A stretch of DNA of 49,703 bases, filler included. It is 13 parts of 13 records of this genome, joined end to end, with 100 filler letters (N's around TTAATTAATTAA, not from the genome) between each part and the next. Parts side by side here need not be neighbours in the genome. Positions count along the whole stretch, not along the records: positions 1 to 3,610 come from SRR15195285_24666; positions 3,711 to 7,739 come from SRR15195285_24856; positions 7,840 to 11,763 come from SRR15195285_25229; 10 more parts are not named here. One strand, given 5' to 3'. Numbering within the stretch: the first letter of the stretch is position 1; the number at the start of each line of letters is the position of its first letter. A program made the position numbers and the translations under genes. This document shows, in pieces, positions 1 through 11,863 of this stretch. The notes beneath the pieces are model-generated. The model was not told where the DNA came from. It searched no databases and saw only the letters and a list, made by a program, of their open reading frames with translations.

Positions 1-228
1 GAATGTGTCGAATCCGGGGTGAAGACAAATGTTTTGTGGTGATTTCGGATTCATCCCTTGTTCATTATACCAATTTACGACAAGCAGGTGCTACTACCAC
101 CAGGTAGTAGTATCCTAGCTAGATACATACCTAGAGGTACTCGACATACTAGTACGCTCACCGCGCGTCCGTCGTCCGCCGGCGCCGCGCGGCCGAGCTG
201 GCGGGCCGTCCGGGGCGACCGCCTGACC

Positions 229-1226
229 ATGGGACTGCGAACCTCAGCCTTCGTTGCCCTTACGATCTACGTGGCGGCGTGCAGCGCTGCGCGACCGCTA
301 GAGATCGCTGTTCAATCCGTGCCTGCACTGACGACCCCCGGCGCTCTGCATGAAGCACGCTCCTCGTCCAGTCCGACCAGTGCCACGCTGACCGAATTCC
401 TAACTGAGATCAGCGATTGGATCATGACTACAGGTGTCGGCAGCAATGTCCTAAACAATGCATCCTACTTCGGTACCCTGGATAGTATTTTCATCAACGG
501 TGCGTTCTGATGCTCACGGCACGCGGATGGACTGACTCAACTCGCTGTCTCGGCGTGGCTCACACATTCGTTCCACGGGCGCCTGCCTTGCAGGCGACCT
601 GGCGCGACGCCCACTGACATTTCACCGACGACCTACCAGCCGATAACGTACTCTACAGAGTCGTTCATCGACGTGGATCTGCGCTACAACTCACCGCAGA
701 CCAAGGCACTGCTGGCACCACTCAAGAAGACTGTGCTGTGGCTGGTCAGCAACCAGAGTGCTGATGGCTCGTGGGGCTATATTCCGAAGCCACCAGAGCA
801 TGGACTTCTGGGCTTCTCCGCGTCAGGTGATGCGCAGCGATCGCCACGTGCACTGTCACTCCTGCAGTGGTACTACCAGAGAATGGAGCCACTGCCGGAG
901 GTTCAGGCTGCCATCCAGAAATACGTGGTGCGGCAGTCTCGTGTGTAGATTGTAGATGGCTAATGATGATTGTGCCAACCACACTTGCACCCCTTCATCA
1001 TCGACAAAGCTGTCAAATCTCCCTGAATACTCGCTCGTCACTATGATAATGTGTGCAGAATTATCTGCTGAACAAAGACCACTGGGATGTTTACGGAATA
1101 AACCGCCTTGCGTTGCCGACTGGGTTTATTGGGCTGGCCGTGGCCGACCTGATTGAACCGTGGTGCACGTTTTCTCCCCTTACGTTCAGGCACGAGTACG
1201 TCCTTGGTCAACACCCGCTATGGTAA
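229..1226 (+). pseudogene. Secreted protein of unknown family with a QW-like (prenyltransferase/alpha-alpha barrel) motif; apparent frameshift or internal deletion
   Basis: Signal peptide MGLRTSAFVALTIYVAACSAA. Introns 500-593 (GTGCGT..TGCAG) and 928-1058 (GTGCGG..GTGCAG). Exon 2 opens in one frame (GDLAR) but the long ORF (..WLVSNQSADGSWG..) is in another. The last exon NYLLNKDHW..HPLW ends at TAA 1224-1226. Confidence 0.55.
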
Positions 1227-1394
1227 GGAAGATGGTGATGATTGTAGCAGGGAAAAAGTGAGTGCGGAAGGATACCCGCATGAGCGGCGAGGTTACTGAA
1301 ATGGGTGGTTTGCACAGCAAACATAATTATCGCTGATGTTTTCATTCACATTTCATCCATCCGTGCCACTAGCTGCGCGACCATAGAGCTCTAC

Positions 1395-1718
1395 TCACTC
1401 GTCACTGAAGCTCAGCGTGCCAAAAAGATGGTCCATTGGGACAAGCGAGCCGCCGTAATTGACTTCAAATTTCTTGTGGTGAAGGTAGTGGTTAAGCTGC
1501 CCCCCATACGCTCTGAAACCGTGGTGGCCCGGGGCTGGCGCGATCTCCTTGAGAAACTTGGAGAAGAGGTAGTGGATCGGGTGTTGAGAGATAAGGAGGG
1601 CTGGGAGCAAGCACCCAGAAAAATACAAAGCGATTTCAACAGGGTGCATAGACATGCCGCTCCAAGGTCCTGGGTTGTAGGACTTGTGGTGTAGGGAGTG
1701 AAACCACCGAAACCACCT
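1395..1718 (-). pseudogene. C-terminal fragment of a sterol desaturase / fatty acid hydroxylase family protein
   Basis: WFHSLHHKSYNPGPWSGMSMHPVE, APAPGHHG, NHYLHHKKFEVNYG and DHLFGT give His boxes 2 and 3. No N-terminal half or first His box is visible upstream. Confidence 0.7.
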
Positions 1719-2003
1719 GTACGTACTAGTATACGCCGCGGGACATGTATCGTACCGCGCGCGGCGCGCGCCCCGCAGATATATATATATAGGCTGAGAT
1801 ATGAATAGCAGATATCGATGTAGAGCCGCGCGCGCGCGCGCGCGACGACGACCTGTAGCCGGCATAAATGCATACATGTACAGCTCTTATCCCAGCATTC
1901 TATATACTACCTGGTACTAGTAGCTACTAGTACGTAGTCGAGTAGTAGTGTACACGCGTCTTAGCTATAAGTTATCGTTACGGACGCACTTCAACTTGGT
2001 GAC

Positions 2004-3457
2004 ATGGTGGGCCCTGGTGGCTCTGATCCGCTGGCGTCACCGCCAGAGGCCCTGGAGGACTACCTCATGGATCTGCGTGGCTACCGTGTGCTGCCTGGCG
2101 TGCTGAGCACGGAGGAAGTCTGCGAGCTGACGGATTGGCTGGATCAGCATGGCTCCGACAGCGACAAGACGCTGCCACCCGTGGGCAGCTGGCTCGGGGA
2201 CGTGGAGCTCCATTCGTACTACACCGCGCCGGACGGCAGCAACCCGTCAGGTGTTGATGATGGGATGAACTTTCAACATATTTACGAGGCAGGCGAGCCA
2301 TGGGAGCGTCTCCTCGACCATCCCAGCTGGTACCCGCTGGTCAAGAAGTATTTAGGCCAGGGCACCCCGTTTGTACACGAGCTCTTTGCTAACGTTCGAG
2401 GGCCAGGCGGTTTCATTGGCATACACTCCGGTGGCTGGACCTCTGCTGGGCAGCGTCTGGGCACACCGGGGACAGACGGGCACATCAGAGTACGCCCGGG
2501 TGAGATGGACCATCCTGAACGATTTCCATCCGCGGCCGCGGCGGCTGAAGAGGCTGGTGTTGACCAAACGTCGCCCGAGTGGGCGTTCACTTACTTGTCG
2601 ATCATCGTCGCGCTCACTGACACAGGTCCTGGTGACGGTGGTGCGTGCTCACACCATTCCGACGATGCTTTTGCTTACCTGTCACTCGTCTGTCGAAGCA
2701 AGTTCGAGCTGATGCTCATAGCGTCTGCTGTGTACAATCATGTGCATGTACATATACATAGCGACTACGCTTGTCCCTGGCAGTCACAAGAGCCTCTTCC
2801 TACATCCGCGTGTTCACAGCCCACAGAGTGGTGAGGGCAACATGCGCGTTGACGGAGCGACACTAGAAGCAGCGGTTGAGGTCTACCTCAAAGCAGGGGA
2901 CGCGGTACGCTGCCCACGATCGCGCACTCTAGAGATGCTTTTTCAGCACAAACCGTATCTGTGAGCTGATGTCAGATGTCCAAGGTACATGTGAGCGTAC
3001 CTGAAGCTTGTTCGATGCCTCGAGCGCAGGTGATCTTCAACGACCACCTGCTTCATGGTTCTGCAGCCCGCACAAACCCCGGCGATAGGAAAATGATTGT
3101 TTTCCGCTACCTTCCACAAGAACAGTCAACGAACCGTTTTGGATATGAGCCGAGCGAGGCGCTCATGCAACGGCTAACTCCAGTTCGACAGCAGGTCAGT
3201 CCAACAGCATTGCACTTCATACCCGCCTAGTCACGTCTAAAACTTTGCGTTGTCCGGCGTCGCAGATGCTGATGGATCCCAACCATCCTGACCCGCAGCC
3301 CTGGGAGAGGCGTGGGCGGCATTCTCCGCGATCAGCTGTTAACTTGACGGGGCAGTATGGTAGAGGCGACGACAGAACCGAGCCAAACAAGGGGAAGGAA
3401 GACGGCACGGAAAAATCGCTAGGGCCACTAAAGGTCACGGCGACAAGTAAATTATGA
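2004..3457 (+). CDS. PhyH-family Fe(II)/2-oxoglutarate dioxygenase (4 exons)
   Basis: Exons 2004-2640, 2762-2904, 3030-3194, 3266-3457 with GT-AG introns. Spliced product has DLRGYRVLPGVLS, IHSGG, GPGDGATTLVPGSHK, KAGDAVIFNDHLLHGSAART and RKMIVFRY. Confidence 0.9.
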
Positions 3458-3610
3458 TCCGATTTGCTCGGAGCGTTGCGGTTCCCGGTCAGCCACTCAT
3501 CAGCTTTGTACGCACATCCGACTGGTGTACATAATGTCAATAATGACATATCATTCCGACGCCGGCTATCAATCACCGCTTGAACCCAGTCGTAGCCCGG
3601 GGGGGGGCAC

Positions 3611-3710
3611 NNNNNNNNNNNNNNNNNNNNNNNNNNNNNNNNNNNNNNNNNNNNTTAATTAATTAANNNNNNNNNNNNNNNNNNNNNNNNNNNNNNNNNN
3701 NNNNNNNNNN
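3611..3710. other. Artificial contig spacer
   Basis: N44-TTAATTAATTAA-N44 (stops in all six frames). Confidence 0.99.
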
Positions 3711-4259
3711 ATGATTCAGTCATGATTCCAGTAATGGAACAGTCGCAACGGAGCCCGCGCAGGTAACACCGGACCTAATTCGATGTCGAATTGCAATTGC
3801 TATGCTAATATATACTATGTCGTATATGAATTTGGGATTGTTCTGGGCTCAACCTGGGTACTGCAGCAGCGTCCCGACGGACTCTTAATAGTCGTCTACA
3901 TACAGGCTTACAATTGGGAAGGACGACGCGCTGGGTTACAAACAGGTAGGAAACAAGTACGACTTACGGATTGAATGTACCGGTACTATTATATGTTATA
4001 TCAATAGTACTTTACTCGATTTCGAAATCGAACCCCGCGGGCAAGCCGGATATTGGAAAATGGATCCCGGAACGGTCAAATTTGAGGCAACCTGCACACG
4101 TGCTGGCAACGGCGGCGAGCGAGGACGGAGCGCAGAGATACGCGGAGCGGCTTGCGCTTCACGGCGGCTTCGAAGAGCTCTGCTAGTTCCAGCCACTTAC
4201 TTTCGAAGAGATAGATCCCCTCTAGCTAGAGCTCTAGTCTGAGTCTGGAGTGGGTACTT

Positions 4260-7127
4260 ATGGCTGGCAGCCGCCCCGGCAGCGCCAGCAGCCGCCCCGG
4301 CAGCGCTGCGAGCAGGGGCAGCCGGCCTGGTAGCGCTGCGAGTAGGGGCAGCCGGCCTGGTAGCGCAGCTGCTGCTGCGAAGAAAGCGGCTGATGCCGCC
4401 GCCGCAGTGGATGAGGAGACAATGGTCATGCTCATGCGGCACCGGCTCGATTTTGTGACTCCGGACCGAAAAGTTCGACTGCAAACGAGCGCATTGATCG
4501 GCGCGGGTGATGAGATGGTTGCAGGAGGACGCAGGGCAACTGCCGCAGCGGGCGCGGTGGTGGACGAACTGGAGGCTTCGGCGAAGGCGGCTGAGGCAGA
4601 GGTTGCCGCATGGGCGGACCGCGTCAAGGAGGCAGTCGACCGACGTGCGTCTGCGCTGATCGACGAAATCGCGAGCGTGCGAAAATTGAAAATCACGAGG
4701 CTGGAGCAGCAGATCGCCAGCGTAGAGGGGATGGTGGGGGCTTTCGACAAGGCGATCGCCAAGACGCGGGAAGGCTTGGCGATGGTGGACGATTGCGGAA
4801 AAGACGCCAAGCTGAATGCTGGGGTCAAGAAGCTGGAGTCAGCAATCCAGAAATACAACGCAGACCCGGTTCCTCTTGATGTCTGCGAGTCAACTACACT
4901 CCGGCTGGCGACAGATACGGAGGCTTTAGTGGATCTAATCTCGAACGACGGCGCGGTCGCAGGTCTGAGGACCCGTGTGCTCAAGGTAGAGCCCACAACT
5001 ATCCCAGGCGATGGCTGTGAGATCGAGATCACTGGGAGTGACTTTGGAGAAGAACCCTCGCACGTCGAAATCTGGGCTGGCCCGGTGCGCTGCGGCTTGC
5101 TGGAGCTGCATCAGGATAGCGACGGGAACAGTCTCGCACGCTGTGTCGTACCGCCAGGGTCAGGGACCAACTTGTCGGTGGATGTGCGTCTGTGCAGCGA
5201 GCATGGGTGGTGTGCAAACCTCACCGCTTTGTCTTATGCTGCGCCTCTAATCGAGTCACTCGACCCTCCAGGTGGTCCGATTGGTACCGAAGTAACTATT
5301 CACGGCCACCATCTTGGGGGCCCTGGCGCTCCACCTCGTGTGATCATCGGAGGTATCGTTTGTTCGCGCGTGGATGTGGTGGAAGCGACTTCTTCACTCC
5401 GCATCACGGTTCCAGACGATCTCGCAACCGGTACCTTTCCTATCGTTGTCGAGCGCGGTTCACAAGCATCGACAGAGCCGGGCAAGGAGCCAGACCCTGT
5501 CTCCCTGTTTGATGTGGCAGTCAAGCAAAGGTTTGGTTTCGATCAGAACAGTCACGGTGGAGGGATCGACTTCGACTTGCCCGATGAGTCTGAGGAAGGT
5601 CAAGGTCTAATTTACACAGTGCGAAAGGTAGATAATCTCGATCCAGACTACACAACGGTCCGTCTGTCCTCTGTTCAATACTTGCCGTGGCGCTTGCAAT
5701 CTCATCAAGCACGTCGCTGATGCAAGTGGTGTGCTTGTTCACAGGTTTTGGGCACGGAGTCGTTCAGGCGTGGCATTCATACATGGGAAGTCAATTTCGA
5801 TCGAATTGGCAATACGCGTATTGGTCTGGCACGCTGGCCTGGTTTGAGCTTGGATTGCGGGTTGCACTCGAAGGATTTGCAGGGCGAAGTATGGTTTGTC
5901 GATTATGATGGAATTGTGAAGCACAACCGCCGTGGTGTGGTAAGTGGCTCGTGGTGTTTTTAATATCACCACGCACGTATGCGGCAGAGCTGAGTGAAGA
6001 TGCGTGTGTATAATCATGTGAGCGCAGCTGACAGAACTGAAACAAATGCTTCCAATCAACGAAGAGTTCAAGTCAGGCGACACTGTTGGATTCATGCTAG
6101 ACCTGCGCGACAACGCGCGGCATCAAACTGAGGACGACAGCGAGAACTTGGCGCTCGCACCACCTGGGCGCGGAAAACTGACGCTACGGTACAAAGGGAA
6201 GTCTTTTCTGGTCGCATCCAATCTCGGTGGCGAACTGTGGCCGGTATTCAATATGGACAACATCAATGAGCAGCTGAGCTTGGACTTCGTCATCGACGGC
6301 GAGGACGGTAACGGGACTGCTGTGATCAGGCGAGCACTGGAGGTTCCCACTCACTCGACATGTGATGCTCTCTACCATCGAGTTGACGGTGCGTAGCATA
6401 TCGTCGTTTGTCTTCTCATGCCTCTCAGTTGTCAGTCAAATTGTCTGTCATATCGTGGATGGGTTTCCGTTTGAACTTGGCGTCTGCGGTCACAGCCGAC
6501 AGTTCTGGGCTGGTGTCACTGGCTGAAGTGACGGAATTACTTCACGATTTCTATCCGGATATTGGTATGCAATGTCAAACTGCAACGTTTTCGCTTTGAG
6601 TTTGATTGTCCATTGATCAATCTGGACATAGCACGCAAGTGTGGATGCAACATATGACTTGTTGGGGCAGAACTCGCGGTGCTCATGCGAGCTTTCAAAG
6701 CGGCTGATCGAGCGAACAGTGGAAAGCTGAACAAATCAAGTTTCCGCAAAATGTTTGAGTATTTGATCTTCTTCAACAACGTCGCTCACTTGTTCGATCG
6801 GATCGATGACTCTGGGGATGGAGTGCTCAGCCTGGCAGAATTTAAGATTGGAGCGCATCTGTACGCCATCAGGCGTGCTTGTTCCGAGATCGCGTCAAAT
6901 GCATCTTTCCATCCTTAGCAAACTGACACCGCACTAAATGAACTTCGCATGCCGTCGTCAGGATCGAGCCAAATATTCCTGAAAACGAGATTGAGTCTGA
7001 GTTTCGGAAAATGGACGAGGAAGACGAGGAGCAAGGGGTGGTTGAATTTGATGATTTCTGCACGTGGATGGCAGAACGCGTGATCGGATTGCCAAGCCGT
7101 CCACCGTCTGCGGCGAGTGCTAGATAG
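4260..7127 (+). CDS. Multidomain protein: RPGSA repeats, coiled coil, 2 IPT/TIG, SPRY/B30.2, EF-hands (6 exons)
   Basis: Exons 4260-5657, 5745-5939, 6028-6388, 6496-6564, 6671-6860, 6962-7127 join in frame. IPT: IEITGSDFG, GTEVTIHGHHLG. SPRY: VLGTESFRRGIHTWEV..FKSGDTVGFMLDL..LWPVF. EF loops: DADSSGLVSLAE, DRANSGKLNKSS, DDSGDGVLSLAE, MDEEDEEQGVVEFDDF. Confidence 0.85.
4263..4368 (+). repeat. Coding tandem repeat (SRPGSA motif x4)
   Basis: agccgccccggcagcgc / agccggcctggtagcgc units of 21-30 nt. Confidence 0.85.
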
Positions 7128-7415
7128 TATACACCACACTATCGATAAAACAGTGCATACATTCATGGACTTTCGATACAAGATCATTTCATACATGTAC
7201 CCTAGATCAATGGACGTTCACTTTCATTTTCTCCTTCCAAATATCAAGCCACGCAGCATCATTTGTTGGAGCCAACCGTTGCTTTAGCAACTTCTAACAC
7301 TCGCAGATCGAACACGCAAGTCGACCATCCATGCACACTACAACTTGCTAGTTAGGTTGGCCTCGGGTGGCTCGAAGTACTCGTTCGCCTTTTGAATCAG
7401 CGGACGGGAAACATC

Positions 7416-7640
7416 CTAGTTCTCGAACTCGGGCCCGCGGCGCTTAATGAACGACGCGACTCCCTCTTTGTACCATCCTGTTCGCCACACTCAGCACCCC
7501 AACCAGCCCGTGCGATCATATACGATGGGTAATCCATTGAGCCAGTACCCCTACTGTTCCAAAAATCTTGGCGCCAACAACGTATTCCACTTGAGTGTGG
7601 GGGCTGGTGCGAACAACATCCGGTACGCGTCGCGTCGAAT
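7416..7640 (-). CDS. Possible 3' exons of a gene truncated by the contig end
   Basis: Putative exons 7640-7524 and 7477-7416 give ..SPHTQVEYVVGAKIFGTVGVLAQWITHRWYKEGVASFIKRRGPEFEN*. The 46-nt intron has a weak donor (GTATAT). Confidence 0.25.
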
Positions 7641-7739
7641 CTGCGCGTACACGTGCCGAGTAGAGATGATGCATGAGGGACGAATCTCGAAGAACGCGCC
7701 GAGCCGGAGCCGTTGGAGCCGCGGTGCGTAGGGACCGCG

Positions 7740-7839
7740 NNNNNNNNNNNNNNNNNNNNNNNNNNNNNNNNNNNNNNNNNNNNTTAATTAATTAANNNNN
7801 NNNNNNNNNNNNNNNNNNNNNNNNNNNNNNNNNNNNNNN
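7740..7839. other. Artificial contig spacer
   Basis: N44-TTAATTAATTAA-N44. Confidence 0.99.
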
Positions 7840-7870
7840 ACCGCCAGCTGAGCCGGATGTCTATGTCCCT

Positions 7871-10800
7871 GTGTCTAGCAAGGTGGAGATCGCTCAGTTC
7901 ACACATGCTGCACCTTCTGCTGCACCTGACGTAGAAACTGAGAACGCGGGATCTGTGCATTTTAGAGGCCGATTAACTCCAGCAGGGAAAACAGACACCT
8001 TGCAGCAGCAGCCTCAGCACATGGGCGCGTCTCGAATGATCTGTGCAGACACACCCATGCGGCGTGGTACGCAGTCTGCCGACTTTGGTCTCCGCGTCTC
8101 GACACACGCCGTGAAGATGCAGGAGCTGTTTCGGTTCATTGAAAGCAAGCACGATGGCATGCTGACGCGACGTGAGCTTCAGGCGAAGCTGATCCACCCG
8201 CACGACGACCTGAAAAGACACGTGGAGGAAGTGGGGTTATCTGCATGGTTATCCGAGAACGAAGAGCTGTTTGAGCACCTGACTACCCCTCAGGACGGTC
8301 CTATCAAGGAGAACGAGTTCGTGGAGCATTGTGAACACATCGTAATCGGTGCAATGGCCAGCGCCAAGTTGCCCCGCTTCCTGGTCGGAGTAAGCGTAGT
8401 GCAGACAAAAGGAGGAGTACAAACAGCGACTGGCCGACATGTGAGCTTCTGCCTGGACAGGAGCCAACTGATCGTGACCGCGGCAGATGGCAAAGAAGAA
8501 TCTTTCCCTTGCAACCTGCCCGCTGGCGCGAAGCTGCTGCACCCGCAAAAACATCCAATTGGGGTGACGGTAGAGTTTAAACGTCGAGGTCAAGTTAAGC
8601 TTTCGATAATCATCGGACATGAATCTGTGAGTCTGCCCATGAGCGTCGACTTGTCCCCCGGCGAGTGGCTATGCTGGAGTGCGCAGGTGTCTGCTGCGAA
8701 ATCTGAGCTTGCGAAGGATGAGGTTACAATTAGTGCAGGTCGATGGCGCGCCCAGAACTGTGTGCGCATCGGTTCGGAAGTTTGCGTTGCACAGAGCCAC
8801 ATAAATGTACTGGGAACCAGTGACTGTCCGTTCATTCTTTCTGATGATGAAACACTCATCGCGACGACAGTCGAAGAAAACGGAGACATGCGGGTCAGCG
8901 GCAGAACCGAAGCCGTGTGGCATACGTTTCGAGTGTCCAAAGAGCTTCCACAAGGGACTCATTATGCAGAGTTTCAGGTAGCGACAGATCCAAGGCAGAG
9001 CGGCACTGGCAGGAGCTGGATGGTCGGGGTGGCGCGGCCGACCGGTAACATCTGTTCGGCCATGCACAGCTACACCCGCGATGACATCTGGGCATTCGCT
9101 GGTGGTGACGCGAGGCAAGGCGGCGGGAAATTGAATCGTGGATTTCATGCAGTAGATCCAACCATCAGGGCACTAGTCACAGAAGCGGTCAATAGTGCGA
9201 CAGGCAGCAACGGTGGGTATCGTGGATCACCTGCGTATCGTGAGTTGGATGCAAGAGCAGCAGACCTGCAGTGTGTGATCAAGCAGCATCGAACGGACGA
9301 GAAGGAGGCCGCTGTACACGACAATGACGCAGCACGTGCGCTTGAATTGCGGCGACAAGCAGAGGTGGCTGAACAGCATCTTATTCTGCTGCGTGCGCAA
9401 ATGGATGACCAGAAGAGAAAGGATATGAGCACACTGATGCACTGGGAAAGTCTTGAAAATCGGATCGCTCAGCTTGTGAAACGCAGGCATGACATGACAT
9501 CCGCCGGAATCTATGATTGTCAAGTGGTGATTCCACTGCAGACATTGCTTCAAGAGTCTGACCAGCGCCAGCAGGAAAGGAATGCTGAGGTGGAGGCACT
9601 GACAAAGATAGAGAGTGGCGAAGCTTGCACAGCGAACTTGTACACTACTGCAGCTGGAGCGATCGAGAAACTGCTCCGGCGGGTGGAAGACCGGCGGGTC
9701 GCCGCACGCACGCAGTTTGATCGTGTGAAGGAGATCACAGTGGGAGGAGTAGACAGCGTGGTTGTCAACGGTACCTATTTGCCTGCTGAGCACTACAGAG
9801 CAATATCGAGCACATCTACACAGGTTGTCAAACTGCAAAAAGGGACAGTGACCTACGTGGCCGCCGAGCGTTACAGAGTACTGTCAAGGTCTGCGATCTA
9901 CAACACCTCTGCAAGCAGTTGCACAGAGCATGGCAACCTGGAAGAAGGGACGGTGATCGAAGGAATGTCTACTAAGAAAGTGGACGGAGTGGAACGAGTT
10001 CAGTTCAACCGTGGATGGGTCAGCATGACGGGACGCTCTGGGGAACCATTGCTCGAAAAGTTGCAAGAGGAAATGCCGTGGGGACCATGCTTCATCAACC
10101 AGAACGGGTTCTATCTATACTACCACTACACAATCAACAGATGGATCATCAATCGAACAGACAAGAGTTACATATCAAGTACTGCCTCAGGTATCACGCC
10201 TGAGTACATAGCAATGGCAGAGGCACAGCACGGCCTGTTGCCAACTGGATCAAGCACATGGAAATGTCAACTCGAAAACAGTCAGCAAACGAAGCTGAAA
10301 TTGACCGTGGGGATTTTCCCGCCGCCCCCTCCTGCTTTGAATGCTAAGGAGGATTCTCCTCAAACTTCTCAGCTGCGGAGCTCGTTTGTACGAGCTGGTG
10401 ACTCGAACTGGAGTGATTACGGTATAGACACAGATGGGAGCGGTAAGGATTTCGAACTCGCAGGCGCTGGTTCACTTTGCAAGCTCTTTCGAGTTGTTGC
10501 AAGGGAGGATCAAACATATACGTTCAAATTACATGGCGATGTCACCGTGGATACCGAATTGGTCCTGGTCAGCCCCGATCGCCAAAACATCGTTGCTGGG
10601 GCGCATGGTTGTGATCCCGACAAGAGTGACTCGCAGCTGGATTCAGACGCAGCGCCACTATCAGTGCCAGAGTTAGAATTGTCATGGACATGTAGCAACG
10701 ATGGTGTTTACCACGTCATCATCACACACGTGATCAAACGTGAGGGGGGTAGCGCTGCAAAGTTCAACCTCTGTGCCGAAAGGGAATCGACCGCGGGTAC

Positions 10801-11763
10801 CGCCGAGGCCGAGGCGATGCAGCAGGTGCTTGCGTCATGGGCAGGAGCAGCAGAAACGACGTTGAATGGCGCCGCATCACCCCTCCCATCTGAGCACTTG
10901 GACGATCACCTGTGCGCTCTTTACGACAAGGCCATTGTTCAGGGCGTTGGTGAAAGCAAGCTCGACAAGGTAGTCAAACGTACGACAATAGACAAGCATA
11001 TTGAAGAGCTTCGCGAGGAACGTGACACTATTTGCAGGCAGCTGAAACCAGTACTTGATGAGCTTGCAGCTAGTGATGAGGTATGGGAGGAAAAAGTGCG
11101 GCACTCTGGAGGCAGGCAGGCTTCAGGCTCGTGGGATGGAATGAAGATTGCAAAGCCTGGAGATGTCCTTGGTCTTCTACTGGATCTACCACCGGACGGC
11201 CCCAATACGGGGAGCCTCAGAATCTACAAAAATGGCAATTTTCTCGGAACCATGGCCACAGGCCTGCACGGTGATTTATGTTGGTGTGCAACTCTCTGTG
11301 ACGGCGAACACGTAATAGCGCGGAGAAACCCTAAATATTTTCCTTCAAAAAAGCTCAAAAAGTTGAGTGAGGTACGACCGTGGTCAGATGCACTTTATGA
11401 GTATGATAGTGAGTTTAAGAGGCTGCAGCTGGATGCTAAAACCGATGCACAAGAAGGCACTATGATGCAGGTGGCCAAATCAAAGGAATCTGAGCGAAAG
11501 CAGTGGATCACGAGAGCACAGGAAGCAGATTGCAGCAACCGGAGACTCAAGTTAGCGCAGCACTTCTACCACCGGCCGAATATGTCTGTGGGGCATAGTA
11601 TAGCGTGCTTGCATGGGACCGAGTACTCCAATGTGACGCTAACGGAGATGCAGGACATATGCACAAAGCTCCAACCTGACACACCGATCGGATTCATGTT
11701 TCAGGCCAAGTCAGGTGATGCAGAGGGTCAGGGGACCGGCCAACTGCTCACCAGTGAAGCTCT
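7871..11763 (+). CDS. Large multidomain protein (EF-hand-like, interrupted SPRY, coiled coils, SH3-like, PPC-like beta domain); 3' partial
   Basis: Stop-free ORF of about 1300 codons running off the contig. FRFIESKHDGMLTRREL; THYAEFQV..WMVGVARP..WAF; WDGMKIAKPGDVLGLLLDL..GSLRIYKNG..LCWCATL; RVQFNRGWVS. True start is uncertain. Confidence 0.85.
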
Positions 11764-11863
11764 NNNNNNNNNNNNNNNNNNNNNNNNNNNNNNNNNNNNN
11801 NNNNNNNTTAATTAATTAANNNNNNNNNNNNNNNNNNNNNNNNNNNNNNNNNNNNNNNNNNNN
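11764..11863. other. Artificial contig spacer
   Basis: N44-TTAATTAATTAA-N44. Confidence 0.99.

Noticed and set aside
4226-5032. Long antisense ORFs (also 17607-18377, 42224-42964, 45685-46332, 48521-49150)
   Set aside because: Shadow frames of GC-rich real genes on the opposite strand, with no recognisable motifs.
7416-7477. KEGVASFIKRRGPEF resembles an enoyl-CoA hydratase C-terminus
   Set aside because: Too short, and the adjacent putative exon does not support the family. Left as an unassigned low-confidence fragment.
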